A stretch of 64,000 nucleotides of DNA, from NCBI GenBank assembly GCA_964385255.1, contig CAYLOH010000002.1:22965-86964 (forward strand), written 5' to 3'. The notes beneath the pieces are model-generated. The model saw only the letters and a list, made by a program, of their open reading frames with translations, did not search any database and had not been told where the DNA came from. The position numbers and the translations under genes are program-made. Source of the stretch: an uncultured Rubrivirga sp. Lineage in GTDB: Bacteria > Actinomycetota > Actinomycetes > S36-B12. The stretch's first letter is position 1; every line of letters begins with the position of its first letter. Positions 28,329-39,008 of the stretch are shown piece after piece.

Positions 28329-29174
28329 TCAATCGGAGGATCGACGTCGCAGGTATCGCTCGAATTCACGGGCAATGGCCTCGCCCGATGCCTCGGGGAG
28401 TTCAGTCGTGTCACGAGCCTGCTCCAGTTGGCGGACGTAGTCGGCGACTTCCTCATCGTCCTCGGCCAACTCGTCGACGCCGATTTCCCACGCCCGGGAC
28501 TCCTCCACGAGGTCGCCTAGCGGCACGGGGATGTCCAGCACGTCCTCGATCTTGCGAACGAGGGCCAAGGTGCCCTTGGGAGAGGGCGCTTGACCGACGT
28601 AGTGGGGGATAGCCGCCCATAGCGAGACGGCTGGCAGCCCGAAGCGTTCGCAGGCCTCCTGAATCACGCCGACGATGCCCGTAGGTCCCTCGTACGAACT
28701 GGGTTCCATGCCGAGATCCGCCGCCAGTCGCGCATCGGTCGTCGATCCGGTCACCGGGACCGGCCGCGTGTGAGGGCTGTCCGACAGCAGTGCACCGAGG
28801 GTGACCACCATGTTCACGTCGAGTTCGGCGGCCAAGCCCAGTAGTTCACGGGTGAATTGCTGCCACCGCATGTTGGGTTCGATCCCTTGAACAAGCACCA
28901 CGTCGCGTGGGTACAAAGGAATTCGAGCAACGTAAACGCGGGTGGATGGCCATTCGAGTTGGCGGACGCCCGACTCGTCGAGGCTGATGTGGGGGCGATT
29001 GACTTGATAGTCGTAGTACTCCTCGGGATCGAGCTCGGTCAGCAGTTCGGCCTGCCACACCTCACGCAGATGCGTGATGGCGGCGCTCGCGGCTTCGCCT
29101 GCGTCGTTCCAACCTTCGAAGGCTGCAACCATCACCGGGTCGGTGAGCGACGGAAGTCCGTCGTACTCGATCAA
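28329..29174 (-). CDS. PAC2 (proteasome assembly chaperone 2-like) family protein
   Basis: 281 aa with an acidic C-terminal tail. The N-terminal VMVAAFEGWNDAGEAAS is typical of actinobacterial PAC2 proteins. It lies in the proteasome neighbourhood. Confidence 0.8.
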   Translation of the reverse strand: MIEYDGLPSLTDPVMVAAFEGWNDAGEAASAAITHLREVWQAELLTELDPEEYYDYQVNRPHISLDESGVRQLEWPSTRVYVARIPLYPRDVVLVQGIEPNMRWQQFTRELLGLAAELDVNMVVTLGALLSDSPHTRPVPVTGSTTDARLAADLGMEPSSYEGPTGIVGVIQEACERFGLPAVSLWAAIPHYVGQAPSPKGTLALVRKIEDVLDIPVPLGDLVEESRAWEIGVDELAEDDEEVADYVRQLEQARDTTELPEASGEAIAREFERYLRRRSSD

Positions 29175-29183
29175 AGTGCCCCC

Positions 29184-30098
29184 TTACGCACGGGTCCGCT
29201 CGGCGATCGTCTCCACAAGGCCGGCCACCAAGGCCGGCCACTGCAAGGGTACGTCGTGTAACGCGCGATACCAGCGTTGGACGAAGAACGGGGCGGGCAA
29301 ATCCGTGAGCGCACGGTCACGGGCGACCCCCCACGCCGCCGTGATCGGGTCGTCCGTTGCGTGGGCCGATGGCGCCGGCTGACAGACGACAACCCACGCG
29401 GGGCAGGCGATGCGAGCGATATCCGGTCCGGGGTCGTAGGCGAACAGCCCGTCCAAGATGGCCATGTGGCGCTCCATCCCCACGCGGGTGAAGACGCGGC
29501 CCATGTCGTCAGTTCTGAACGTCGGTTCGAGGGCGGCCTGCACTTCATCACTCCAGTACGGCGACAGATCACCGGAGGAGATGGCATCCCACAGGACCGG
29601 CTGGAGCATCCCCAGAGGCGGCGGGCGAAGGGCCTCGCGGACATCGTCGTGGGTACCGGCAGGGCCGACGAGGTGTCGCGGACCGAACAATCCACCGTCG
29701 ATCAGTGCGCATGCGCGGATGCGCGTCGGGTGTGCCGCAGCCGTGTGAAGCGCAACCGATGCACCCCAGGAGTGCCCCACGACAATGGCCTGTGAAACGC
29801 CCGCCTCGTCAAGAACTTCGATCACGTCACTGGCTAGCCGCTCCATGGCCACGTCGATATCGGCGCCTATGTCAACTCCGTCTTCCGTCACGGACGCCTC
29901 GCCATGGCCCCGTAGGTCCATCACGATCACCCGACCGCCTCGCATCCGTGACAACACCGGACCCCAGTAATGACGTTGTTGAGACAGCCCGTGAAGCAGC
30001 ACGATCGGTAGGTCATACGCCACAGTCGGGGAACCCGGTCGAAGATCGTCGTAAACCACGAACGATCCGTCGGAAGTTCGCAGGCGCACGCAGCACAC
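29184..30098 (-). CDS. alpha/beta hydrolase
   Basis: HGLSQQ oxyanion region and the GHSWG nucleophile elbow. GTG start. Confidence 0.85.
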   Translation of the reverse strand: MCCVRLRTSDGSFVVYDDLRPGSPTVAYDLPIVLLHGLSQQRHYWGPVLSRMRGGRVIVMDLRGHGEASVTEDGVDIGADIDVAMERLASDVIEVLDEAGVSQAIVVGHSWGASVALHTAAAHPTRIRACALIDGGLFGPRHLVGPAGTHDDVREALRPPPLGMLQPVLWDAISSGDLSPYWSDEVQAALEPTFRTDDMGRVFTRVGMERHMAILDGLFAYDPGPDIARIACPAWVVVCQPAPSAHATDDPITAAWGVARDRALTDLPAPFFVQRWYRALHDVPLQWPALVAGLVETIAERTRA

Positions 30099-30123
30099 GC
30101 TAGCGATCTAGACTGGTTCGATC

Positions 30124-30807
30124 ATGACCACCGGCCCAACAGCAGTGTTGTTCGACATGGATGGCACGTTGCTCGATAGCGAAGGCCTGTGGTTGACCGC
30201 CGAGATCGAGGTCATGGACCACCTGGGATCGGATTGGAATCTCAAGGACCAGGAGCACTGCCTCGGCGGTCCAATCGAGCGCGTTGCCCAGTACATGGTG
30301 GACCGCAGTGGCACCGCGGTTGGGGCGAATGAGGTCGGTCGCATGCTCGTACAGACCGTCGAAGGGCATATGCGCCGAGAGCCGCTGAGTTGGCGCCCCG
30401 GGGCCCGTGACTTCTTGCGCAGCACGATCGAAGCAGGCATCCCTCGAGCATTGGTGACCGCATCCTGGGCGATCCTGGTAGACGCGCTGTCCGATCGCAT
30501 GCGCGATGAGATCGGCGTGGATCCCTTCACCGCGGTCGTCGCTGGCGACCAGATCACCAATGGCAAGCCCCACCCGGAGCCCTACTTGACTGCTGCCCGC
30601 CTGATCGGTTCCGATCCGAGGACCTGTCTGGCGATCGAGGATTCACCCACGGGCGTTCGATCGGCCAGTGCCGCGGGCTGCGTGGTCGTTGCGATTCCCC
30701 ACATTGCCGAGCTCCCTCCCGACATCACGGGCGTCCACGTCATCGCGAGCCTCGAGGACACCCATCCGAGCGTGCTCTGGGCCGACGCACTAGGCCAGAT
30801 CGGGTAG
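30124..30807 (+). CDS. HAD family hydrolase (phosphatase)
   Basis: DMDGTLLDSE motif I, VTAS motif II, and K...EDSPTG motifs III/IV. Confidence 0.88.
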   Translation: MTTGPTAVLFDMDGTLLDSEGLWLTAEIEVMDHLGSDWNLKDQEHCLGGPIERVAQYMVDRSGTAVGANEVGRMLVQTVEGHMRREPLSWRPGARDFLRSTIEAGIPRALVTASWAILVDALSDRMRDEIGVDPFTAVVAGDQITNGKPHPEPYLTAARLIGSDPRTCLAIEDSPTGVRSASAAGCVVVAIPHIAELPPDITGVHVIASLEDTHPSVLWADALGQIG

Positions 30808-31602
30808 GGGAGGCGTTACGCCACCTTGACTCGGACACATGTCATGGAAGGCGCACCAATTGCACAGTGGCGATGGCGAGGGGAGGAAGCCTGCTTCGAC
30901 GGAACGTTGGATCGCGTCTCGAATAGCGAGGATCTTGCGCTCTGTGGCGAGTAGTTCCGCACATTCGGGCTCATACGAGATCGTCTGTCCATCCTTCAGA
31001 TACATCAACTGCAAACGCGCAGGCACATCGCCGGTCATGCGCCACCACACGAGGGCGTAGAACCGCATCTGGAACATCGCTTTGGATTCGAATCCCGCTC
31101 CCGGACTCTTACCTGTCTTGTAGTCCACAAGGCGAATGAGGCCATCGGGCGTGCGATCCACGCGATCCACGAAGCCGCGCAGGCTCAGGCCATCCTCCAG
31201 GTCAGTCGACACCGCCATCTCACGAGCATGGGGTTCAAGGCGGCGCGGATCCTCCATCGTGAAGTACGTATCGAGGAGAGCGCGTGCGGGTCCGACGACT
31301 GCCTGTGCGACGGCTGTTGGATCCGCATCCGCTGGCATACCCGCCATCAACGTCGCGGCACTCTCCGGATCGCTCTGGTTCAGTTCGATCCAGCGCCTTT
31401 CGAACAAGTCCACAGCCCGTTCACACGTTCGTTCGGAAGCTTCGAGTGAGAACAGGTCCTCCAGCGCTCCATGAACCAAGGTGCCACGTACCGCCGCCGC
31501 GGCCGGGGGCTCGGGGATCTTGTCAATCACCCGTAATCGGTAGAGCAACGGACAGGTAAGGAAATCTCCGGCACGCGAAGGCGACAAGGAAGCCGGAAAC
31601 AT
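30790..31602 (-). CDS. RecB/Cas4-like PD-(D/E)XK nuclease with 4-Cys cluster
   Basis: I trimmed the start to MFPASLSP. An N-terminal Cys (LTCPLL) plus a C-terminal CNWC-x5-C gives the Cas4/AddB-type C...CxxCx5C arrangement. VDRVD...LVDYKTGK and QMRFYAL are nuclease motifs. Confidence 0.8.
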   Translation of the reverse strand: MFPASLSPSRAGDFLTCPLLYRLRVIDKIPEPPAAAAVRGTLVHGALEDLFSLEASERTCERAVDLFERRWIELNQSDPESAATLMAGMPADADPTAVAQAVVGPARALLDTYFTMEDPRRLEPHAREMAVSTDLEDGLSLRGFVDRVDRTPDGLIRLVDYKTGKSPGAGFESKAMFQMRFYALVWWRMTGDVPARLQLMYLKDGQTISYEPECAELLATERKILAIRDAIQRSVEAGFLPSPSPLCNWCAFHDMCPSQGGVTPPLPDLA

Positions 31603-31641
31603 GTCGTTCACCCTAGGTGCGCAGCCGCTAGGGTCGGCGAA
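31603..31641. promoter_or_regulatory. 39-bp divergent control region with mirror-image TAGGGT -10-like hexamers, each 7 nt from a start codon
   Basis: Plus strand: TAGGGT 31629-31634, then 7 nt, then ATG 31642. Minus strand: TAGGGT 31615-31610, then 7 nt, then ATG 31602. Neither side has a Shine-Dalgarno. Confidence 0.4.
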
Positions 31642-32622
31642 ATGGCGCGTCCGTCTCACCCGTTGCCGTCGTTCGATCCCGTGCGCGTGGGTCCGCGGCC
31701 AACCGGGCCGATAGCGATCGGCGATGTGGTGCAACTCACCGACACCCGAGGTACGAAGACGACCATCACGGTGCGCGAGGGCGCGATCCTGCACACGCAT
31801 CGGGGCCAGATCCCTCACGATGCCCTGGTGGGTATGTGGGAGGGCTCCACCACCATGTCCACCCGCGGCATCGAGTACTTGGTGCAACGGCCCCAGCTGG
31901 ACGACTACGTCCTGGGGATGCCCCGCCAGGCTGCGGTCATCTACCCCAAGGACGCGGCGCGGATCGTCGCGCTGGCCGACCTGGGGTCGGGATCGCGGGT
32001 GCTGGAAGCGGGGGTCGGGTCCGGAGCCCTCACGTGCTACCTACTGCGTGCCGTTGGCGACGGCGGGCACGTTGTCAGTGTGGAGCGTCGATCCGATTTC
32101 GCCGAACAGGCACGCGAGAACGTGGCACGTTGGTTCTTGGGGATGCCCCGGTCCTGGACGGTAATGGAAGCCGACCTGGCGGAACTCTCCGATGACGATG
32201 CCGTCGAGATTCGTGGGGAGAGCGGCCTGGACGCTGTGGTCTTGGACATGTTGGCTCCCTGGGAATGCCTGGACGTCGCGGATCGGCTTCTTCGACCCGG
32301 GGGAGCCCTCGTCGGTTACGTCGCGACCACAACCCAACTCTCTCGATTCGTGGAGACCATGCGTGTCACGCGCCGTTGGACCGAGCCGCGCGCCGAAGAG
32401 AGCATCCTCCGCACATGGCATTTGGACGGGTTGGCTGTGCGACCTGACCATCGGATGTCCGGGCATACGGGATTCCTGGTGGCGGCGCGTCACATGGCTC
32501 CCGGCCAGAACGCCCCCGAGCGCAAACGGCGACCCGCCCCCGGCGCGTACGGTGCGGACTACGAAGGCCCGGGCGCCCACGCGGGATCCGACCGCTCCGC
32601 AGGAATCGGGGAACCGGGTTAG
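31642..32622 (+). CDS. trmI: tRNA (adenine-N1)-methyltransferase TrmI
   Basis: GCD14-type fold: [12 protein letters not shown] and [12 protein letters not shown]. It sits next to arc, as in mycobacteria. Confidence 0.88.
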   Translation: MARPSHPLPSFDPVRVGPRPTGPIAIGDVVQLTDTRGTKTTITVREGAILHTHRGQIPHDALVGMWEGSTTMSTRGIEYLVQRPQLDDYVLGMPRQAAVIYPKDAARIVALADLGSGSRVLEAGVGSGALTCYLLRAVGDGGHVVSVERRSDFAEQARENVARWFLGMPRSWTVMEADLAELSDDDAVEIRGESGLDAVVLDMLAPWECLDVADRLLRPGGALVGYVATTTQLSRFVETMRVTRRWTEPRAEESILRTWHLDGLAVRPDHRMSGHTGFLVAARHMAPGQNAPERKRRPAPGAYGADYEGPGAHAGSDRSAGIGEPG

Positions 32623-32644
32623 GGTCGATAGCAGGAGGTGCGCC

Positions 32645-34300
32645 ATGCACGAGTCGAGCCCGGACAGCAGGCTGCTTGCCCTGGAGACCACGCTCAGCGA
32701 GGTCCGAGGCGAGTTGGCCGCGCAGAAGGACCACAACCAACGCCTGGTCATGACACTGCGCGACGCCCGCGAGCAGATCGTGACATTGAAGGCCGAGGTC
32801 GACCGTCTGGGCGAGCCCCCGAGCGGCTACGGCACATTCATCGAGGCCCACGAGGATGGATCCGTCGACGTCATCGCATCCGGACGCAAGCTGCGCGTTG
32901 CCGTGAGTCCTGGAGTCGGTGTCGACGCCCTGGTTCCCGGGCAAGAAGTGGTCCTCAATGAGTCGATGAACGTCGTCGGAAAGCGCGAGTACGAGGTCGT
33001 CGGCGAAATCGTGACCTTCAAGGAGATGTTGGGGGACGATCGCTGCGTCGTCGTGGCGAATGCCGACGAAGAGCGAGTCATGCGAATCGGAACGCCGCTT
33101 CGAAACGTTCGATTGCGCGCGGGTGAGGCACTCTTGTGTGACATGCGCTCCGGATACGTCATCGAGCAGGTGCCTCGAGCAGAGGTCGAAGAGCTCGTGC
33201 TCGAGGAGGTGCCCGACATCGACTACAGCCGCATCGGCGGCTTGGCGTCGCAAATCGACTCCATCCGCGATGCGGTCGAACTGCCGTACGTCCACGCGGA
33301 CCTGTTCGCCGAACACGATCTGCGCGCTCCCAAAGGGATATTGCTCTACGGGCCACCGGGGTGCGGCAAAACGCTCATCGCCAAGGCGGTCGCGAACTCT
33401 CTCGCCAAGAAGGTCGCCGAGAAGACGGGGAAGTTGGAGGCGAAGAGCTACTTCTTGAACATCAAGGGCCCCGAGCTCCTGAACAAGTACGTCGGAGAGA
33501 CGGAACGTCATATCCGACTGGTTTTCCAGCGTGCCAGGGAGAAAGCCTCCGAGGGTATGCCGGTGATCGTCTTCTTCGACGAGATGGATTCGCTCTTCCG
33601 AACGAGAGGAAGCGGCGTCAGCAGCGATGTAGAGAACACCATCGTGCCTCAGCTGCTGTCCGAGATCGATGGAGTCGAAAGCCTGGAGAACGTCATCGTC
33701 ATCGGCGCATCGAATCGCGAGGACATGATCGACCCCGCGATTCTGCGACCCGGGCGCCTTGACGTGAAGATCAAGATCGAACGCCCCGACGCCGAGTCAG
33801 CGCAGGACATCCTGACCAAGTACCTGGTGCCGAGTCTGCCGATCCACCGAGATGACCTAGCCGAGCACGGTGGTGACGCCCACGCCGCCTGCGCGTCCAT
33901 GATTCAGCGCGCCATCGAGCGGATGTATGCCGAATCCGAGGAGAACCGATTCCTCGAGGTGACGTACGAGGGTGGCGACAAGGAGGTGCTCTACTTCAAG
34001 GACTTCAACTCCGGAGCCATGTTGGAGAACATCGTCTCCCGCGCGAAGAAGTCCGCCATCAAGGAGTACCTCGAGACGGGCGAGAAGGGGATACGGGTGC
34101 AGCACCTTCTGGACGCCTGCGTCGACGAGTTCCGGGAGAACGAGGACCTACCCAACACGACCAACCCTGACGATTGGGCGCGAATCTCCGGCAAGAAGGG
34201 TGAGCGGATCGTGTTCATCCGGACACTGATCCAGGGCAAGAAGGGCGGCGCTCCCGGGCGCTCCATCGACAACGTGGCGAACACCGGTCAGTACCTGTAG
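32645..34300 (+). CDS. arc: proteasome ATPase ARC/Mpa
   Basis: N-terminal coiled coil and an AAA+ module (GPPGCGKT Walker [11 protein letters not shown] Walker B). The C-terminal GQYL is a proteasome-docking motif. AGGAGG lies 6 nt upstream of ATG 32645, so the long track ORF is trimmed. Confidence 0.95.
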   Translation: MHESSPDSRLLALETTLSEVRGELAAQKDHNQRLVMTLRDAREQIVTLKAEVDRLGEPPSGYGTFIEAHEDGSVDVIASGRKLRVAVSPGVGVDALVPGQEVVLNESMNVVGKREYEVVGEIVTFKEMLGDDRCVVVANADEERVMRIGTPLRNVRLRAGEALLCDMRSGYVIEQVPRAEVEELVLEEVPDIDYSRIGGLASQIDSIRDAVELPYVHADLFAEHDLRAPKGILLYGPPGCGKTLIAKAVANSLAKKVAEKTGKLEAKSYFLNIKGPELLNKYVGETERHIRLVFQRAREKASEGMPVIVFFDEMDSLFRTRGSGVSSDVENTIVPQLLSEIDGVESLENVIVIGASNREDMIDPAILRPGRLDVKIKIERPDAESAQDILTKYLVPSLPIHRDDLAEHGGDAHAACASMIQRAIERMYAESEENRFLEVTYEGGDKEVLYFKDFNSGAMLENIVSRAKKSAIKEYLETGEKGIRVQHLLDACVDEFRENEDLPNTTNPDDWARISGKKGERIVFIRTLIQGKKGGAPGRSIDNVANTGQYL

Positions 34301-34330
34301 TCGTCAGACTGCACACGAAAGGATGTCCTG

Positions 34331-35851
34331 GTGAGCGTCCATCGCATCATGGGAATCGAAACCGAGTACGGCATCAGCGTCCCCGGTCACCCCACGATGA
34401 ACGCCATGGTCACGTCGTCCCAGATCGTCAATGCCTACGCCTACTTGACGTCTGCGGCGGCGTCAGGAAAGGCCCGATGGGACTACGACGAAGAATCCCC
34501 CCTCCGCGACGCACGGGGATACGACATGTCCCGGGCTGAGGCGGATCCGAGTCAACTCACCGATGAAGACCTCGGGATGGCGAACGTCATCTTGGGTAAT
34601 GGCGCTCGTCTGTACGTGGACCACGCGCATCCGGAGTACTCGTCGCCAGAGGTGACCAATCCACGAGACGCAGTGCTGTGGGATCGAGCCGGGGTGGCCG
34701 TCATGAACATGGCGGCCCGTGCTGCTGCAGATGCGCCGGGTGGGATCCCGATACTGCTGTACAAGAACAACACCGACAACAAGGGGGCCTCATACGGGAC
34801 GCACGAGAACTACCTGATGCGTCGAGCAACGCCCTTCACGGATGTTGTTCGACACCTCACACCCTTCTTCATCACGCGTCAGGTCTTCACTGGCTCGGGG
34901 CGGCTGGGCATAGGCCAAGACGGCAAGATCGCGCGTTATCAATTGAGCCAACGCGCCGACTTCTTCGAGGTCGAGGTGGGACTCGAAACCACGCTCAAGC
35001 GCCCCATCATCAATACACGCGACGAACCTCATGCCGATCCGGAGAAGTACCGGCGACTACACGTCATCGTGGGAGACGCCAATCTCAGTGATACGGCCAC
35101 GTACCTGAAGATGGGCACGACAGCAATCGTCCTATCCATGATCGAGGACGGATACCTCGACGATTTCGACGTGATGCCCGTCGAACCGGTAGCGGAGATG
35201 CACCGAGTGTCACACGACGTATCGCTCACCCACGTGATGTCCCTGTCCGACGGCCGACAGATGACGGCAATCGATATCCAGCGGTCGTTCCTGGAACGAG
35301 CCTGGTCCTATTGCGACTCGCGCTGGGGTTCGCAGTACGACGAACAGACGAAAGACGTTCTGGCCAAGTGGGGTTCGCACTTGGATGCGCTCGACGACGA
35401 CCCCAAGTCCGTGGCGGATACCGTCGATTGGGTTGCCAAGTTGAACCTGATCGAAGGCTATGTCAAGCGGGACGGCCTCGAATGGAGGGACCCTCGTCTT
35501 GCGCTCGTTGACCTCCAGTACTCCGATATTCGTCCACACAAGGGACTGGCTGCGAGACTCGAGCAACATGGTCGCCTGGTCCGCATGTTCGACGATGAGG
35601 AGGTCGAGCAGGCGCGCACTCATCCGCCTGCGGACACTCGTGCGTTCTTCCGCGGTCAGTGCATGACGCGCTTTCCGGAAGCGATTGCGGCTGCCTCGTG
35701 GGATTCGGTTGTCTTCGATCTACCCGGACGTGACTCGTTACTCCGTGTGCCGACGGTCGAGCCCACGCGGGGCACACGAGATCATGTTGGGCACCTTTTC
35801 GATGGGGCGAGTGACGCCAGCGCCCTGATCGACGCGCTCACCGCTGAGTAG
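34331..35851 (+). CDS. dop: depupylase/deamidase Dop
   Basis: 506 aa. N-terminal RIMGIETEYG and a carboxylate-amine ligase fold. It is paralogous to pafA and immediately upstream of pup. Confidence 0.93.
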   Translation: MSVHRIMGIETEYGISVPGHPTMNAMVTSSQIVNAYAYLTSAAASGKARWDYDEESPLRDARGYDMSRAEADPSQLTDEDLGMANVILGNGARLYVDHAHPEYSSPEVTNPRDAVLWDRAGVAVMNMAARAAADAPGGIPILLYKNNTDNKGASYGTHENYLMRRATPFTDVVRHLTPFFITRQVFTGSGRLGIGQDGKIARYQLSQRADFFEVEVGLETTLKRPIINTRDEPHADPEKYRRLHVIVGDANLSDTATYLKMGTTAIVLSMIEDGYLDDFDVMPVEPVAEMHRVSHDVSLTHVMSLSDGRQMTAIDIQRSFLERAWSYCDSRWGSQYDEQTKDVLAKWGSHLDALDDDPKSVADTVDWVAKLNLIEGYVKRDGLEWRDPRLALVDLQYSDIRPHKGLAARLEQHGRLVRMFDDEEVEQARTHPPADTRAFFRGQCMTRFPEAIAAASWDSVVFDLPGRDSLLRVPTVEPTRGTRDHVGHLFDGASDASALIDALTAE

Positions 35852-35856
35852 CGAGT

Positions 35857-35862
35857 TAGGCT
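35857..35862 (+). promoter_or_regulatory. -10-like TAGGCT hexamer 6 nt upstream of the pup ATG (possible leaderless promoter)
   Basis: TAGGCT-tggcgc-ATG. There is no Shine-Dalgarno in the 17-nt dop-pup spacer. Confidence 0.3.
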
Positions 35863-35868
35863 TGGCGC

Positions 35869-36078
35869 ATGCCCGCCCAGGAGAACGCTGAGCACAGGAA
35901 GGTCCAACGACGGGACGAAGCTGAGGAAGTCGATCAGTCTCGTCCAGCCACGTCGGCCTCGGACACCAAGGAGTCCCTGGACGCCGACGTCGACTCGATT
36001 CTGGATGAGATCGACGAGGTGCTCGAGGAGAATGCGGAGGATTTCGTGAAGTCCTTCGTGCAAAAGGGTGGCCAGTGA
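35869..36078 (+). CDS. pup: prokaryotic ubiquitin-like protein Pup
   Basis: 69 aa, acidic and disordered-looking, ending in FVQKGGQ (the GGQ terminus). Confidence 0.95.
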   Translation: MPAQENAEHRKVQRRDEAEEVDQSRPATSASDTKESLDADVDSILDEIDEVLEENAEDFVKSFVQKGGQ

Positions 36079-36899
36079 CCAACTCGTTGCCATCTGCGTT
36101 CCACCGCATCGGCTCGGCGTCTTTCGCCGAGTTCCTCGACACGACGGGAAGTCGACCACCAAGCCACGAGGCTGGCTCCATCCAAGCCCCGCATGGAACC
36201 ACCATCGTGTCCTTGACTTTCGACGGAGGCGTGGTGATGGCCGGCGACCGCCGCGCCACGATGGGGAACTTCATCGCCCAGAAGGACATTCAGAAAGTCT
36301 TCGAGGCCGATTCCCACTCGGTGATTGGCATTGCGGGGACTGCTGGCATCGCCGTAGAGCTCGTTCGCCTCTTCCAGGTGGAACTCGAGCACTACGAGAA
36401 GATCGAAGGCACGCAGTTGTCACTCGAGGGCAAAGCCAATCGCCTGTCCACGCTCTTGCGCGGCAACTTGGGGATGGCCATGCAGGGCCTGGCGGTCGTG
36501 CCGTTGTTCGCTGGCTACGACCTCGGGCGCGGGCGCGGACGCATCTTCTCGTACGACGTCACTGGTGGTCGCTACGAGGAGCATGACTTCTACGCGGTCG
36601 GATCAGGCTCGACGTTCGCTCGTGGATCACTCAAGAAGCTGTTTCATCCCGACGCCTCGTCAGAGCAGGCTGTCCGAGTCGCGCTGGAGTCTCTGTACGA
36701 CGCTGCGGATGACGATTCAGCCACGGGTGGGCCGGATCTGTCTCGCCGGATCTTCCCGGTCGTCGCACTCGTCACGGCTTCGGGCGTGATGATCATGGAG
36801 GACGACGTAGTCGCGAACGAAGCGCAGCGCATGATTGACGAGCGTATGCAGAGGCCCAATGGCCCACGGGCCACCATTGATGGTGGAGGTGAGTCATGA
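36075..36899 (+). CDS. prcB: proteasome subunit beta
   Basis: The propeptide is followed by HG/TTIV, the catalytic Thr context. The GTG start overlaps the pup stop. Confidence 0.95.
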   Translation: MTNSLPSAFHRIGSASFAEFLDTTGSRPPSHEAGSIQAPHGTTIVSLTFDGGVVMAGDRRATMGNFIAQKDIQKVFEADSHSVIGIAGTAGIAVELVRLFQVELEHYEKIEGTQLSLEGKANRLSTLLRGNLGMAMQGLAVVPLFAGYDLGRGRGRIFSYDVTGGRYEEHDFYAVGSGSTFARGSLKKLFHPDASSEQAVRVALESLYDAADDDSATGGPDLSRRIFPVVALVTASGVMIMEDDVVANEAQRMIDERMQRPNGPRATIDGGGES

Positions 36900-37588
36900 G
36901 CGTGCCCTTCTATGTCTCACCCGAGCAGATCATGAAGGACAAGGCGGACTTTGCTCGGAAGGGCATTGCGCGGGGGAGGGCCGTCGTCGTCGCGCAGTAT
37001 GCCGGCGGCATCGTCTTCGTTGCCGAGAACCCGTCGCGCGCCCTGCACAAGATAAGCGAAATCTACGATCGCATCGGTTTCGCTGCAGTAGGCAAGTACA
37101 ACGAATTCGAGAATCTGCGTGTTGCTGGCATCCGTCTCGCTGACCTACGCGGATATTCCTACGATCGTGGCGATGTGACCGGGCGAAGCCTGGCGAATGC
37201 TTACGCGCAGACCCTGGGTGCGATTTTCACCGAGACGACCAAGCCATACGAGGTGGAGATCGTCGTCGCTGAGGTTGGCGCGCAGGAGCAGTCCGACCAG
37301 ATCTATCGGCTTACCTTCGATGGCTCGGTGGCCGACGAGCACGGCTACGTAGCCATGGGTGGATCGGCCGAAGCCATCGCTGGGGCACTCTCCGCGACGT
37401 GGCGAGCAGGGCAAGACCTCGCCGTATCCCTCAAGCAGGCTGTGCACGCCCTGGGAGAACACGGCACCGAAGAAGCACGCACCTTGGGAGCTGGCGACCT
37501 GGAGGTCGCGATCTTGGACCGAGACCGGCCTCGCCGCACCTTCCGTCGGATCGAGGGACCCGAGTTGGAGGGGCTACTCACCGCCTGA
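36896..37588 (+). CDS. prcA: proteasome subunit alpha
   Basis: 230 aa beginning [23 protein letters not shown]. The ATG overlaps the prcB stop (ATGA). Confidence 0.95.
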   Translation: MSVPFYVSPEQIMKDKADFARKGIARGRAVVVAQYAGGIVFVAENPSRALHKISEIYDRIGFAAVGKYNEFENLRVAGIRLADLRGYSYDRGDVTGRSLANAYAQTLGAIFTETTKPYEVEIVVAEVGAQEQSDQIYRLTFDGSVADEHGYVAMGGSAEAIAGALSATWRAGQDLAVSLKQAVHALGEHGTEEARTLGAGDLEVAILDRDRPRRTFRRIEGPELEGLLTA

Positions 37589-37619
37589 CGAACGTCCCCT
37601 TGACACCTACAGTGGGGTG

Positions 37620-38984
37620 ATGGACCGCAGGATCTTCGGACTGGAGACGGAGTATGGGGTCACGTGCACATTCCGGGGCCAGCGCCGACTGAGTCCCGAC
37701 GAGGTTGCGCGGTATCTCTTTCGCCGTGTCGTTGCCTGGGGTCGGAGCAGCAACGTTTTCCTGCGGAATGGGTCACGGCTGTATCTGGATGTCGGCAGCC
37801 ATCCCGAGTACGCGACGGCCGAGTGCGACAGCGTCCACCAGCTGATCACTCACGACCGTGCCGGGGAGCGGATCTTGGAGGGTCTCAGCGTCGACGCAGA
37901 GGCCCGCCTGCGTGAGGAGGGCATCTCCGGAGACATCTACCTCTTCAAGAACAACACCGATTCGGCGGGCAACTCGTATGGATGCCATGAGAACTATCTG
38001 GTGGAGCGCTCGACCGACTTCCTCACACTGGCGGAGGGATTCATTCCATTCCTCATTTCGCGACAGATCGTCACGGGAGCAGGCAAGGTGCTCCAAACGC
38101 CGCGAGGAGCTGTGTACTGCGTAAGCCAGCGGGCCGACCACATATGGGAGGGGGTGTCCAGCGCAACCACGAGGTCACGACCCATCATCAACACACGTGA
38201 CGAGCCACATGCCGACGCAGACATGTATCGCCGCCTGCATGTGATTGTCGGTGACAGCAACATGAGCGAGACGACCTCCATGCTCAAGGTCGGTGCAGCG
38301 GATCTCGTCCTGCGCATGCTGGAGTCGGGCGCCGTCATGCGCGACATGTCCTTCGAGAACCCCATTCGCGCTATCCGCGAGATCAGCCACGATACGACGG
38401 GTACGCGCCAGGTACCGCTCAGCACAGGTCGGGAGTTGTCCGCCCTGCAGATGCAGTGGGAGTACCTCGACAAGGTCACGCAGTACGTGGATCGGCGTGG
38501 CCTCCGTAGCGACCCGACCACAGCACGAGTCCTCGACCTGTGGGAGCGCTCACTCAAGGCAGTCGAGGCGCAGGACTTCGCCGCGGTCGAAACCGAGATC
38601 GACTGGATCATCAAGAAAAAGCTCATCGACCGGTACATGGACAAGCATGGCCTCACCTTGTCGGATGTACGTGTCGCGCAGCTGGACTTGGCCTACCACG
38701 ACATAAATCGAAACCGTGGACTGTTCTACCTTCTCGAAAGGCGCGGGCTCGCCCAGCGGATCACACATGATCCAGAGGTGTTCGAGGCCAAGAACGTGCC
38801 CCCGCAAACTACGAGGGCCAAGTTGAGAGGCGATTTCGTTCGACGTGCACAAGAGCGTCGCCGAGACTTCACTGTCGACTGGGTCCACCTGAAGCTCAAC
38901 GATCAGGCGCAGCGCACCGTCTTGTGCAAGGACCCTTTCGCGAACGTGGACGAGCGCGTCGAGCGACTGCTAGCGAGCATGTAG
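37620..38984 (+). CDS. pafA: Pup--protein ligase PafA
   Basis: [14 protein letters not shown]-terminus and a Dop/PafA fold. I trimmed the track ORF, whose upstream part overlaps prcA. Confidence 0.94.
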   Translation: MDRRIFGLETEYGVTCTFRGQRRLSPDEVARYLFRRVVAWGRSSNVFLRNGSRLYLDVGSHPEYATAECDSVHQLITHDRAGERILEGLSVDAEARLREEGISGDIYLFKNNTDSAGNSYGCHENYLVERSTDFLTLAEGFIPFLISRQIVTGAGKVLQTPRGAVYCVSQRADHIWEGVSSATTRSRPIINTRDEPHADADMYRRLHVIVGDSNMSETTSMLKVGAADLVLRMLESGAVMRDMSFENPIRAIREISHDTTGTRQVPLSTGRELSALQMQWEYLDKVTQYVDRRGLRSDPTTARVLDLWERSLKAVEAQDFAAVETEIDWIIKKKLIDRYMDKHGLTLSDVRVAQLDLAYHDINRNRGLFYLLERRGLAQRITHDPEVFEAKNVPPQTTRAKLRGDFVRRAQERRRDFTVDWVHLKLNDQAQRTVLCKDPFANVDERVERLLASM

Positions 38985-39008
38985 CCACCGGTGCCGTAAC
39001 CTGCCGGT

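Noticed and set aside
32192-32644. N-terminal extensions of track ORFs: arc 32192, pafA 37359, tatA 41511, DUF3090 23666, SCO1664 24199, argG 55827, recB-like 31887, rnd 10347, and others.
   Set aside because: - The extensions overlap the preceding gene or intergenic DNA.
- They translate to Arg/Pro-rich junk.
- They end at internal starts that have Shine-Dalgarno or -10 signals and match the conserved family N-termini.
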